Below are positions 9,995-19,990 of a DNA stretch of 64,000 nucleotides, piece after piece. Each line of letters opens with the position of its first letter. Within the stretch, counting starts at the first letter, position 1. The DNA is from an uncultured Bacilli bacterium (GTDB lineage: Bacteria > Bacillota_I > Bacilli_A > RF39 > UBA660), in contig CAKOXP010000004.1 in NCBI GenBank assembly GCA_934130175.1, positions 16,244 to 80,243 of the forward strand, written 5' to 3'. The translations under genes were made by a program, and so were the position numbers. Below the pieces are notes generated by a model. That model was not told the DNA's origin. It was given only the letters and a program-made list of their open reading frames with translations, and did not search any database.

Positions 9995-11089
9995 ATGGGA
10001 TATCGCATTTTAAATGTAAATTTCAATGAACAATTAGAAAGTGAGGTTTATAGAAAAACTAGACTGACCGAAAAAGAATTAAGATTTGACACTGGAAGAA
10101 AAAGTAAAAACGGTGAGTATAAGATAGAAGAACTAGATTATTTTACTGCTCAATATAAAAATGAAGAAGATTTTTATAATACATTAGTAGAACATAAATA
10201 TATTAATGAAAAAACAAGCACTACTAAAAGCATTACTATATCTCATACTAGTAGAGCTAGATTAATTCAAGATGAAGTAATTTATAACGATAAAACAGTA
10301 GTAAAAACAGCTATTGATTTTATTCTAAAGAAAAGAGAAGCCGTTTCTAATAAACGAAAAGAAGTAATTTTATTAGATAATAGTGATGAAGTTTTAGAAT
10401 TTATTGATTATATAAAAAATTTAGCTTTAGATGAAGTGTCTCGTAAATATTTGGTGGGTCCATATCCATTTTTTTCTGATATGGAGGAAGTGTCTTTAAG
10501 AGAAATGATTCCACAAGAAGTTTATGATGCAAATGGTGTTATAAAGACAAAAGGTCTTAAAGGATTATTAAAAGATTATATTAATTATACAGAAATTTAT
10601 AATGAAGCTGTAAAAAATAATGATGATGTTTTAGAAGCGTCTACTAATTTAGATGCTGTTAATTCTAAAATAGACAAATTAATTAGGGGAAACTATCGTG
10701 TATTTAGAAATTTAATAGTATGGGAAAGTAGATATGAAAAAATTTTAAAGAAGGAGTTAGCTCTTTCAACAGATGTTGTTACCAAAAATAAACTATCTGT
10801 TCTGCTTGAAGAGGTTAAATTTCAAAAATCATATAGAAATAAAAAAATTTCTAGAGAAGCGTTAGAAGCTTTTTATGAAGAAAAAAAAGATAGATTAGAA
10901 TATATTCCAGAAGAAGATAATCATATAAATAATGAGGAATTAGAAAGTATGTATCAAGAGGGTGGGATAGAAAACATCATGGCCAATGTTGATGCTGATA
11001 CCCTATATTCAAGAAATTCAAACATTAAAGATATAGAAGTGTTATCAAAAAAAGAACATAAAGCATCTTCTTTTTATGGGAAGAAGTAA
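9995..11089 (+). CDS. Hypothetical acidic, probably coiled-coil protein
   Basis: ATG 9995 is preceded by AGAGGTG. I recognise no motif. It sits between topA and xerC. Confidence 0.6.
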   Translation: MGYRILNVNFNEQLESEVYRKTRLTEKELRFDTGRKSKNGEYKIEELDYFTAQYKNEEDFYNTLVEHKYINEKTSTTKSITISHTSRARLIQDEVIYNDKTVVKTAIDFILKKREAVSNKRKEVILLDNSDEVLEFIDYIKNLALDEVSRKYLVGPYPFFSDMEEVSLREMIPQEVYDANGVIKTKGLKGLLKDYINYTEIYNEAVKNNDDVLEASTNLDAVNSKIDKLIRGNYRVFRNLIVWESRYEKILKKELALSTDVVTKNKLSVLLEEVKFQKSYRNKKISREALEAFYEEKKDRLEYIPEEDNHINNEELESMYQEGGIENIMANVDADTLYSRNSNIKDIEVLSKKEHKASSFYGKK

Positions 11090-11103
11090 AGAGGTAAGAG
11101 AAG

Positions 11104-12006
11104 ATGAAAGAGATAAAAAATGAACTTTTAGATAAGTATTTGGAATATTTAGAGTATCAGAAAGCATATTCAAATTATACAGTAGATAGTTATAGAGAAG
11201 ATATTTTAGAGTATTTAAACTATTTAAACAATGAAAAGATAGATTATTTAAAAATCAACTATAATCAGATTAGAGGATATTTAAGATATTTAAAAGATGA
11301 TTGTTCAAATAATAATAGTTCTATTGATAGAAAGTTAAGTTCTTTAAGAGGATTTTATAAATATTTATCTAAAAATAATTACGTTACAAATAATTACTTT
11401 TTACTAGTAAATGGTCCTAAGAAAGCTAAAAAATTACCTAGGTATTTTGAATATAATGAATTAGAAGAATTATTTAACTCTATTGATATATCAACACCTA
11501 AAGGAATGAGAAATTTGCTTATCTTGGAACTGTTATATGCTACAGGAGTTCGTGTTGGTGAGCTTGTAAATATAAAACTTAATGACATTAATTTTTCAAA
11601 TAGAACTATTAATATTTTAGGTAAAGGTAATAAAGAAAGAATTGCTAATTATGGAGATTATTGTGAAGATGCCTTAAAACTATATTTAAAAGAAGCAAGA
11701 TTAGTTTTTGATAAAAAGAATAGTCCTTATTTATTACTAAATCATTTAGGAAATGACTTAACAGAGCGAGGAATTCGTTATATTCTAAATGAGATAATTA
11801 ATAATACTTCCCTTAGCAAAAATATTTCTCCCCATATGATTAGACATTCTTTCGCGACGCATCTTTTAAATGAAGGATGTGACCTAATTACAGTTCAAAA
11901 ATTATTAGGACATGAAAGCATTAGTGCAACGCAAGTTTATACTCATGTATCTACTGATAGATTAAAAGAGGTTTATTATAGTAAATTTCCAAGGGCAAAA
12001 AGGTAA
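11104..12006 (+). CDS. xerC: Tyrosine recombinase XerC/XerD family (CodV-like position)
   Basis: A phage-integrase SAM-like N terminus is present. The catalytic region is ATGVRVGEL...HMIRHSFATHLL...LLGHESISATQVYTHV. Confidence 0.9.
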   Translation: MKEIKNELLDKYLEYLEYQKAYSNYTVDSYREDILEYLNYLNNEKIDYLKINYNQIRGYLRYLKDDCSNNNSSIDRKLSSLRGFYKYLSKNNYVTNNYFLLVNGPKKAKKLPRYFEYNELEELFNSIDISTPKGMRNLLILELLYATGVRVGELVNIKLNDINFSNRTINILGKGNKERIANYGDYCEDALKLYLKEARLVFDKKNSPYLLLNHLGNDLTERGIRYILNEIINNTSLSKNISPHMIRHSFATHLLNEGCDLITVQKLLGHESISATQVYTHVSTDRLKEVYYSKFPRAKR

Positions 12007-12080
12007 AACTTTGCAGGTTTTACTTTTCTTTTGGAAAATAATTAGATATAATAGAATTGGTTTAGAAATAGGTGATAAAG

Positions 12081-12329
12081 ATGGATTATAACTTTAATAC
12101 AAAAGAAGAATTGTATGTTAGAGTAAGGCCAGCATTAAATGCTAAACTTCAAGAATTAAGAAGACTTAATTATCCAAATATTACGGAAGAAGATATTTGG
12201 TCTTATTTAAGTGAAGTTAAGTGGACTAAATCAAAAGGATTAATGCTTTCAGATATTGTCAGTGATATTATTCATGTTGATAATAGAAGACTTAATTCAT
12301 ATGTAGAAAACAAAAGAAGAGGTGTATAA
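12081..12329 (+). CDS. ComN/YrzD-like post-transcriptional regulator family protein
   Basis: This small protein lies immediately upstream of secDF, as in Bacillus. The pattern ELRRLNYPNITEEDIWSYLSEVKW resembles that family, from memory. Confidence 0.5.
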   Translation: MDYNFNTKEELYVRVRPALNAKLQELRRLNYPNITEEDIWSYLSEVKWTKSKGLMLSDIVSDIIHVDNRRLNSYVENKRRGV

Positions 12330-12330
12330 C

Positions 12331-14586
12331 ATGAAAAAAAACATGAAGAAGAGTAAAAACAAAGTAATAAAATCATCAATTATTCTATTACTTTTAATAG
12401 TAGGGGTATGTTTCTTGTTTGTTCCAATCTTTAAAAATTTAAACTTTGGATTAGACTTACAAGGAGGGTTTGAGGTTTTATATAAAGTAGAAAGTATAGA
12501 TGGATCTAAAATGAATAAAGAAAAACTTACTGCTACTTATAAAACTTTAAGTAAAAGAATTGATGCTTTAGGTGTCAATGAACCAGAAATCATTTTAGAA
12601 GGAAATGATAAAATTAGAGTAAAACTTGCAGGAGTAAAAGATGCTGATAGTGCTAGACGTCAATTATCAACTGTTGCAACTTTATCATTTCGTGATACAA
12701 ACGATAAACTTTTAATGTCTAGTGACGTTTTAAAAGCAGGAGCAGCAAAGGTTTCTCAAGATTCTAGTGGTAATCCGGCTGTACTTCTTAGTGTTAAAGA
12801 TAAAGATAAATTCTATGATGTTACTAATAAACTATCTAAACAAAGTAATAATACTATGGTAATTTGGTTAGATTATGAAGATGGTGTTAATAGTTATCAG
12901 AGTGAGGGATCAACATGTGGTAGTGATTCATCTAGTTGTTTAAGTGCTGCTACTGTTTCTCAAGGATTTGCTTCAGATGTAATTATTCAAGGTAAATTTA
13001 GTGAAGAAGAAGTTGAAAATTTAGTAGATTTAATTAATAGTGGTTCATTACCATCTAAAGTTACAGAATTATCATCTAAAACTGTAGGAGCATCATTTGG
13101 TGATGCAACATTATCAAAAACTTTAGTTGCTGGAATAGTTGGAGTTTTAGCAATTATAATTTTAATGATAGTTACATATCATTTTGCAGGATTCATTTCT
13201 AGTATTGCAATTATCCTTTATACATTCCTAGTATTTGCAGTATTTTGGTTAATAGGAGGAGTTCTAACCCTTCCTGGAATTGCAGCTTTAGTATTAGGTA
13301 TTGGTATGGCAGTAGATGCTAATGTTATTACATTTTCACGTATTAAAGATGAGCTATATAGTGGTAAGAGTTTAAAACATGCCTTTAAAGAAGGAACTAA
13401 GACATCTTTAAGAGCAATACTTGATTCTAACCTTACAACATTATTAGTTGCTGTAATTATGTTCTACTTTGGAGAAAGTAGTGTTAAAGGTTTTGCAACA
13501 GTATTAATTATAACTATCATGGTTACAATGTTTACAATGGTGTTTATTACAAGAGTTTTATTAAAATTATTTATAAAGACAGGATTCTTTGATGATAAAA
13601 CAGAATTATTTATTAAAGTTAAAAAAGAAGATATTCCAGATGTAAGTAAAAATGAAGAAGTTAAGGTTGTTCCATTTAAAAATGTTAATTTCTTAAATAA
13701 GACAAAATTTTTCGCAACATTATCAGTGTTAATCATTTTAATTGGAACAGTTGTTTTTGCAACAAAAGGATTTAATTTAAGTGTTGATTATCAAGCTGGT
13801 AGTGATATTACTCTTGACTATGATAAGGCAGTAAAAGAATCTAGTTTAAAGAAAGATTTAAAAGAATTAAAACTTAATCTTACTGATATTACTGTTACTG
13901 ATAAAGAAGCAATTATTAAAGTAAATAATGTTCTAAGTACTAAAAAGATTAATGAAGTTCAAAAATATTTTGAAGAAAAATATGATGCTAAAGTTAATAT
14001 TGGTGTTGTTTCTAACGTAGTAAAAGAAGAACTTATTAAAAATGCTATCTTCTCAGTATTACTTGCAATGATAGGAATCGCTATATATATATCTATTAGA
14101 TTTAAATTTAGTTATGCTATTTCATCAGTTGTAGCTTTATTACATGATGTATTAATGATTTTTGCTTTATTTGCAATATTTAGATTAGAAGTATCAACTA
14201 TGTTCATTGCAGCAGTTTTAGCAATCATTGGATATTCAATAAATGATACAATTGTATGTTTTGATAGAATTAGAGAAAATATTGCTAAGGCTAAGAAAGT
14301 TACAAGTGAAAACTTATTAGAAATCTGTAATTTAAGTATTAGAGAAACATTTGCAAGATCACTATATACATCTATTACCACATTATTACCAATACTTGCT
14401 TTGATTTTCTTAGGATCAAGTGGTATTTTAACATTTAATTTAGCAATGTTATTTGGACTTATTTCAGGTACTTATTCATCTATTTTCATAGCAACAAGTT
14501 TATTTGCATATCTTGAAAGGAAAAGCATGAAAAAACCTATTAAGAAAAAAAGATTTATAAAGATGATTATGAAGAAAAAAGAGTAG
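12331..14586 (+). CDS. secDF: Protein translocase subunit SecDF (fused)
   Basis: An N-terminal TM is followed by a large periplasmic loop (GLDLQGG) and two 6-TM RND-like blocks. AGAGGTG precedes ATG 12331. Confidence 0.92.
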   Translation: MKKNMKKSKNKVIKSSIILLLLIVGVCFLFVPIFKNLNFGLDLQGGFEVLYKVESIDGSKMNKEKLTATYKTLSKRIDALGVNEPEIILEGNDKIRVKLAGVKDADSARRQLSTVATLSFRDTNDKLLMSSDVLKAGAAKVSQDSSGNPAVLLSVKDKDKFYDVTNKLSKQSNNTMVIWLDYEDGVNSYQSEGSTCGSDSSSCLSAATVSQGFASDVIIQGKFSEEEVENLVDLINSGSLPSKVTELSSKTVGASFGDATLSKTLVAGIVGVLAIIILMIVTYHFAGFISSIAIILYTFLVFAVFWLIGGVLTLPGIAALVLGIGMAVDANVITFSRIKDELYSGKSLKHAFKEGTKTSLRAILDSNLTTLLVAVIMFYFGESSVKGFATVLIITIMVTMFTMVFITRVLLKLFIKTGFFDDKTELFIKVKKEDIPDVSKNEEVKVVPFKNVNFLNKTKFFATLSVLIILIGTVVFATKGFNLSVDYQAGSDITLDYDKAVKESSLKKDLKELKLNLTDITVTDKEAIIKVNNVLSTKKINEVQKYFEEKYDAKVNIGVVSNVVKEELIKNAIFSVLLAMIGIAIYISIRFKFSYAISSVVALLHDVLMIFALFAIFRLEVSTMFIAAVLAIIGYSINDTIVCFDRIRENIAKAKKVTSENLLEICNLSIRETFARSLYTSITTLLPILALIFLGSSGILTFNLAMLFGLISGTYSSIFIATSLFAYLERKSMKKPIKKKRFIKMIMKKKE

Positions 14587-14616
14587 AGGGAGTTAATTGC
14601 TAAGGAGGTGATTTCC

Positions 14617-16779
14617 TTGACTAAACAAAAAGATAACGTAACCATTGATGACTTAGTAGTTAGATTAAAAACTTATATTGATAGTGAGGATGAAATTAAT
14701 GAAATAATTAGAGCTTATGAGTTTGCTGCTAAAATGCATAAAGAACAATTTCGTAAGAGTGGTGAACCATATATAATTCATCCTATTAATGTAGCAATTA
14801 TCCTAACTACAATATATGCTGATGCTGATACAATTAAAGCGGCACTTTTACATGATGTTTTAGAAGATACTGAGTGTACTTCAGAACAAATGGAAGAATT
14901 ATTTGGACCAGAAGTTACTAAATTAGTTCAGGGAGTCACTAAATTATCTAAAATTCACTTTTCTACTGAAAATGAATATTTAATTGACTACTACAAAAAG
15001 ATAATTGTAGGTATTAGTGAAGATGTTAGGGTAATTATTATAAAACTTGCTGATCGTCTTCATAATATGAGAACATTATGGGCTTTGCCTGAGGCTAAAC
15101 AAAAAATAAAAGCCAAAGAGTCGTTAGAAATTTTGGCTCCTATCGCACATCACTTAGGTATTCATAAAATCAAAAGTGAGCTAGAAGATTTATCTTTAAG
15201 ATACCTAAAACCAGATGTTTTCTATGATATAGCTGAAAAGCTAAATAAAACAAAACTAGAACGTGATAAAACTGTCTATGAAATGATGGATGAAGTTACT
15301 AGTTTATTAACAGAACATAATATTGTTCATGAAATAAAAGGACGTTCTAAGAGTATTTATAGTATTTATAATAAATTAAATAAAGGTAAAAAATTCAGTG
15401 ATATATATGATTTATTAGCACTTCGTATTTTAGTTAATACTGAACAAGAATGTTATTTAGCTCTTGGTATAATTCATTCTAAATTTAGACCTCTTCCTAA
15501 ACGATTTAAAGATTATATTGCTATGCCAAAACCAAATATGTATCAGTCTTTACATACAACTGTTTTTGGTCTTGATGGTTACTTATTCGAAATTCAAATA
15601 AGAACTTATGATATGGATGAAGTTGCTGAAAATGGTATTGCTTCTCACTGGGCATATAAAGAAAATAAAGATGCCAAAGCTAATATGCAATCAACAACAG
15701 AACAAAAACTACAATTTTTTAAAGCTATTATGGACTTAAATAACGATAAAATGAGTAGTGAAGACTTTGTACATAGTGTTAAAGATGAAGTTTTAAATAA
15801 TAATATTTATGTATTTACACCTAAAGGTGATGTTATAGAATTGCCTAAAGGAGCAACTCCAATTGACTTTGCTTATAAAGTCCATACTAAAGTTGGAGAA
15901 ACAACTGTAGGAGCAATTGTAAATAATAGTATCGTTCCTCTAAATTATGAATTAAAAAATAACGATATTGTAAAAATTAATACAAATAAAAATTCAACAC
16001 CTTCTAAAGAATGGTTAAATATAGTAAAAGCAACACAAACTAAAAATAAGATTAAGAGTTATTTTTCTAAGAATGAAAGAGAAATTTACATTGAAAGAGG
16101 AAAGTATGCCTTAGAAAAAGAATTACGTAAGAGAAAATTAAGTTTTTCGGAATTCTTCAATGATGAAAATACAAAAAAGATTATGGATACTCTTAAGGTA
16201 TCAAATATAGATGAAATTTATTTATGTGTTGGTAACAACAAAACAAGTGCAAATACTGTAGTAAATATAATTGATAAATACAAAGAAGTAGTTCCACCAA
16301 AAGTTGTAAAGATGGCACCTAAGACTAATTTTGATTCTGATACAGACTTGATTGTTTCTGGGATTGATAAGGTAAGGGTTAATCTTGCTAACTGCTGTAA
16401 TCCTGTATTTGGTGATGATATTATAGGATATATCACTAGAGGTAATGGAATTAGTGTTCATCGTTCAAATTGCCATAATATTTCTATGCTTGATGATAGA
16501 ATGGTCAATGTTAAATGGAATGAGCTATCAAATAAGGAAAAACGTTATTTAACATCACTTGTAATTTATACAGATGATTTAGATAATAGAATGGCTGATA
16601 TTGTAAGTAAAACATCAATGATGAATATTAATATTGATGGAATTAGAACTATCGGAAAAGAAAAAGGTATCATTTATGCGATAGATGTTTATGTTAGGGA
16701 TTTGGAACAGTTAGATAAATTATTAATGGAATATAATAAATTAACATATATTATAAAAGTAGAAAGGCTTATGAAATGA
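14617..16779 (+). CDS. relA: Bifunctional (p)ppGpp synthetase/hydrolase RelA/SpoT (Rel)
   Basis: An HD hydrolase segment (EPYIIHPINVA..LHDVLEDT) is present. The synthetase segment is DLLALRI...YQSLHTTV. TGS and ACT-like C termini follow. AAGGAGG lies 8 nt upstream of TTG 14617, and GTG 14608 is an alternative start. Confidence 0.93.
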   Translation: MTKQKDNVTIDDLVVRLKTYIDSEDEINEIIRAYEFAAKMHKEQFRKSGEPYIIHPINVAIILTTIYADADTIKAALLHDVLEDTECTSEQMEELFGPEVTKLVQGVTKLSKIHFSTENEYLIDYYKKIIVGISEDVRVIIIKLADRLHNMRTLWALPEAKQKIKAKESLEILAPIAHHLGIHKIKSELEDLSLRYLKPDVFYDIAEKLNKTKLERDKTVYEMMDEVTSLLTEHNIVHEIKGRSKSIYSIYNKLNKGKKFSDIYDLLALRILVNTEQECYLALGIIHSKFRPLPKRFKDYIAMPKPNMYQSLHTTVFGLDGYLFEIQIRTYDMDEVAENGIASHWAYKENKDAKANMQSTTEQKLQFFKAIMDLNNDKMSSEDFVHSVKDEVLNNNIYVFTPKGDVIELPKGATPIDFAYKVHTKVGETTVGAIVNNSIVPLNYELKNNDIVKINTNKNSTPSKEWLNIVKATQTKNKIKSYFSKNEREIYIERGKYALEKELRKRKLSFSEFFNDENTKKIMDTLKVSNIDEIYLCVGNNKTSANTVVNIIDKYKEVVPPKVVKMAPKTNFDSDTDLIVSGIDKVRVNLANCCNPVFGDDIIGYITRGNGISVHRSNCHNISMLDDRMVNVKWNELSNKEKRYLTSLVIYTDDLDNRMADIVSKTSMMNINIDGIRTIGKEKGIIYAIDVYVRDLEQLDKLLMEYNKLTYIIKVERLMK

Positions 16780-17210
16780 GAGTTTTAGTTCAAAGAAGTA
16801 AGTCTTCTTCTGTTTTAGTAGATGATAAAGTAGTAGGAAAAATTGATTTTGGATATGTTTTACTTGTAGGTTTTACTGATACTGATACAAAAGAAAAAAT
16901 TGATAAAATGGTTAGAAAAATCCTACATCTAAGAATTTTTGATGATAATAATGGTGTTATGAATGAGTCAATTCTAGATCATAATGGTAGTATTTTACTA
17001 GTATCACAGTTTACCTTGTATGCTGATGCTAAAAAAGGAAATAGACCTAGTTATATTAAGGCCTTAAATAGCAAAGAGGCTGTCAAATTATACGATTATT
17101 TTAATCAAGAACTAGGTAAATATATTAAAGTTGAAACAGGTATTTTTGGTGCTGATATGCAAGTAAATATTACTAATGATGGACCAATTACAATACTTTT
17201 AGAGGAGTGA
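16776..17210 (+). CDS. dtd: D-aminoacyl-tRNA deacylase
   Basis: MRVLVQR...SQFTLYAD..KGNRPSY...GADMQVNITNDGPITILL. There is a 4-nt overlap with relA. Confidence 0.93.
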   Translation: MRVLVQRSKSSSVLVDDKVVGKIDFGYVLLVGFTDTDTKEKIDKMVRKILHLRIFDDNNGVMNESILDHNGSILLVSQFTLYADAKKGNRPSYIKALNSKEAVKLYDYFNQELGKYIKVETGIFGADMQVNITNDGPITILLEE

Positions 17211-17215
17211 AGAAA

Positions 17216-18274
17216 ATGTTTTCTAATAAATTAAATTATAAATTAATTAATTTTACAGCTTTGATGCTACTTTTATATATTGGATTTTCCAATGTAGAAA
17301 TTTGGCTTGATGTTTTAAATGCTGCAACAGAAATGTTACTACCTTTTATTCTAGCTTTTGCTTTTGCATATGCTTTGGAACCAGTCATAAACATGCTAAA
17401 GAAAAAAGGATTAAAGGAAGGACTTGCAGTTCTTATAATTACTATGGCAGTAGTCTTAATAGTGGTAGCGCTTTTAGTTGTAACCTTACCACTTGTTTAT
17501 GATCAGTTAGTACTTCTTTCTAAAAATATATTACAAATATCAAAAGATTTTGGAGAACAATTTAATATTAATTTCGGAAATTTTGATTTAAAACTTGCAG
17601 ATTACTTAAATACAATGACTAAGGATTTAGGAAATATTTTAAGTCAAGGAACAGTAACTGTAGTTAATAAGTCTTTTGATTTTTTAGCTAAATTTATATT
17701 AGGATTTATTGCTTGGATTTACTTTTTAGCAGATATGGACAATATCAGGGATAAAGTTAAAGAATTTACTAAAACAATATCTGATAAATTCTTTAATTAT
17801 ATAAAATGTCTAGATACTGAAATTGGAAATTATATTAAGGGTTTATCAATATTTATGATAATTCAATTTGTAGAATATTCATTTCTATTTTGGTTAGTTG
17901 GACATCCAAACTGGTTATTACTTGGAATACTTGCTTGTGTTACAACTATAATCCCATACTTTGGTGGCTTAATTACTAATATTATTGGTATTATAACTGC
18001 CTGTGTTGTATCAAAACCAGTTTTAATTGGAACAATAATTATTTGTTTAGTATTCCCACAATTAGATGGTTATGTAATATCTCCTCGAATTTATGGTAAA
18101 ACTAATAATGTTAATCCTTTAATCACAATAATAGCCGTTTCACTTGGTGGTAGTTTAGGAGGAATACTTGGTATAGTAGCAGCTCTACCAATTTATTTAT
18201 TAATAAGATCAACATACCATTTTTATCATAATGATTTAAAAAAGAGTGTAAAAAACATCAAGAAAAGTATTTAA
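17216..18274 (+). CDS. AI-2E family (PerM/UPF0118) transporter
   Basis: This is a polytopic membrane protein of typical length and topology, with a Gly/Pro-rich C-terminal TM region (IPYFGG). AGAGGAG lies 8 nt upstream of ATG 17216. Confidence 0.7.
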   Translation: MFSNKLNYKLINFTALMLLLYIGFSNVEIWLDVLNAATEMLLPFILAFAFAYALEPVINMLKKKGLKEGLAVLIITMAVVLIVVALLVVTLPLVYDQLVLLSKNILQISKDFGEQFNINFGNFDLKLADYLNTMTKDLGNILSQGTVTVVNKSFDFLAKFILGFIAWIYFLADMDNIRDKVKEFTKTISDKFFNYIKCLDTEIGNYIKGLSIFMIIQFVEYSFLFWLVGHPNWLLLGILACVTTIIPYFGGLITNIIGIITACVVSKPVLIGTIIICLVFPQLDGYVISPRIYGKTNNVNPLITIIAVSLGGSLGGILGIVAALPIYLLIRSTYHFYHNDLKKSVKNIKKSI

Positions 18275-18545
18275 ACATTAAATATAGAGTAGAGGTAACA
18301 TCCCATAAAGAGAGGTTAGCTCTTTTTTAATGAAAAATTCCGTAAAACAAAGAAGAAAGTTGTTAAAAATTTAATGAGATGATGTGTTGTAGATCAATTC
18401 AACTTAAATTAGTGTATCAAAAAAGCGGAAAGTTAAATAATAATTTATCATTTTGTCTTTTGTCGTCAATTAAATAATTGAAATTGAAAATGATTGACTA
18501 ATAATAAAAAATTAGTGTATTCTAATACTAGAGGAAGTGTAGAAA

Positions 18546-19892
18546 ATGGAAGAAAAGAAAAAAATAGGAAATAGAAAACTATTAGTAATAGCTATAGTAC
18601 TAATCCTAGTAGTAATAATAGGTACTACATATGCATGGTTAAATATAACTAAAAAATCAGAGATAATTAATAAGATAACAGCAGGAAACTTAGAATTAAC
18701 ATTAGATGATACAACAAGTGAAGGAATAAAACTAACAAAAGAAATACCAAGAAGTTATCAACAAGGAATGACAACAAAAGAATATACATTTACATTAACA
18801 AATAAAAGTAGTACAAGTAGTTATACTTTATCATTAAAAGATCTAGATACTTATACAAATGATAATAATGAAGAAGTAGCAATAACAGATGCAGATAGAT
18901 TAGCTGATTCTAAAGTAAGATATATTTTATTAAAAGATGGAGAAGAAGCAACTGCAGCAAAATCAAAAATATTAACAGATAGAGTAATAGACTCAGGAAC
19001 AATAGAAAAAGGAAAAACTATTAAGTATAGTTTAAGAATTTGGATAGACTCAAAAGCAGGAGATAATAATACAGAAAAAGAAGTAATGGGAAAAGTCTTT
19101 AATGCCCAACTTAGTTTAGAAGCTACTCAAGAAGCAAAAGTTAAAATGGTAGATTTTAAAATCGGTGATTATGTAAATATGACACCAACATCTACAGAGT
19201 ACATTGTACAAAGTAATATTACAGGCTACTCATCTGATCAGACAATAAATCCAAGTGAATTGAGTTTATGGAGGGTAATAAATATTAATGACAACGATAC
19301 TATTGATTTAGTATCAGAATATGCATCTTCAGCTAGTGTATATCTTGATGGGAAAATAGGATATCAAAATTCAATCTCAGTTCTAAATAAAATAGCCTCT
19401 CAATATACAAATCCTAAATATACTGTAGCATCTAGACACATGGGATATAGTAATCAAACAGAGAAAATAATTGATACATTTGCATTAGACTCAACTAGCT
19501 CTCCATGGCCTAATAACACTTCTTCATCTACCACTTCATCGGATGAAGTAAAAGGTGGTGGAGATATGGGCTATGAAAGAGATTGTAATTTGGTAAGAAA
19601 TTCTGTTGGTACATTAGTAGCTAGTGATGTTAAAACTAAGTATAAATCATATTATTGGTTAGCATCACGTAATTATAATTATGGCACATCAAGAGGATGG
19701 CGTTTTGGTATTCGTTACATTTACCCAGGCGATGGTATGGATACTGATTTTATATATTTTTATAGTGATGGTGATTTTACAGGCTCGTCTAATTATTATT
19801 ATATGCGTTCAATTCGCCCTATAGTAACTATAAAAGCTGGACTCTTGCCAAATGGTTCAGGTACTAGTGATGATCCATATATATTAGATTAA
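18546..19892 (+). CDS. Secreted protein with SipW/TasA-type signal peptide and unassigned C-terminal domain
   Basis: The N terminus is KKIGNRKLLVIAIVLILVVIIGTTYAWLNITKK, followed by ITAGNLELTLDD. A beta-rich N domain ends in FNAQLSLEATQ. The C-terminal half is Tyr/Ser-rich (YYWLASR...MRSIRPIVTIK). Confidence 0.7.
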   Translation: MEEKKKIGNRKLLVIAIVLILVVIIGTTYAWLNITKKSEIINKITAGNLELTLDDTTSEGIKLTKEIPRSYQQGMTTKEYTFTLTNKSSTSSYTLSLKDLDTYTNDNNEEVAITDADRLADSKVRYILLKDGEEATAAKSKILTDRVIDSGTIEKGKTIKYSLRIWIDSKAGDNNTEKEVMGKVFNAQLSLEATQEAKVKMVDFKIGDYVNMTPTSTEYIVQSNITGYSSDQTINPSELSLWRVININDNDTIDLVSEYASSASVYLDGKIGYQNSISVLNKIASQYTNPKYTVASRHMGYSNQTEKIIDTFALDSTSSPWPNNTSSSTTSSDEVKGGGDMGYERDCNLVRNSVGTLVASDVKTKYKSYYWLASRNYNYGTSRGWRFGIRYIYPGDGMDTDFIYFYSDGDFTGSSNYYYMRSIRPIVTIKAGLLPNGSGTSDDPYILD

Positions 19893-19910
19893 ATAATTAT
19901 TTCATAAATT

Positions 19911-19934
19911 AGTAGTATTTTTACTACTTTTTTT
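19911..19934 (+). terminator. Rho-independent terminator
   Basis: AGTAGTA-tttt-TACTACT followed by T6. Confidence 0.7.
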
Positions 19935-19990
19935 AGTCTATTCTTGTTATAATATATATAAGTTGTAAAAATAGAAAGAGAGTTGATAAG

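Noticed and set aside
13464-14381. Two minus-strand ORFs (13464-13736 and 14112-14381) inside secDF.
   Set aside because: The sense strand encodes an unambiguous SecDF protein. The antisense products have no motifs or RBS.
16218-16461. Two overlapping minus-strand ORFs inside relA.
   Set aside because: The reasoning is the same: the relA frame is strongly supported by its motifs.
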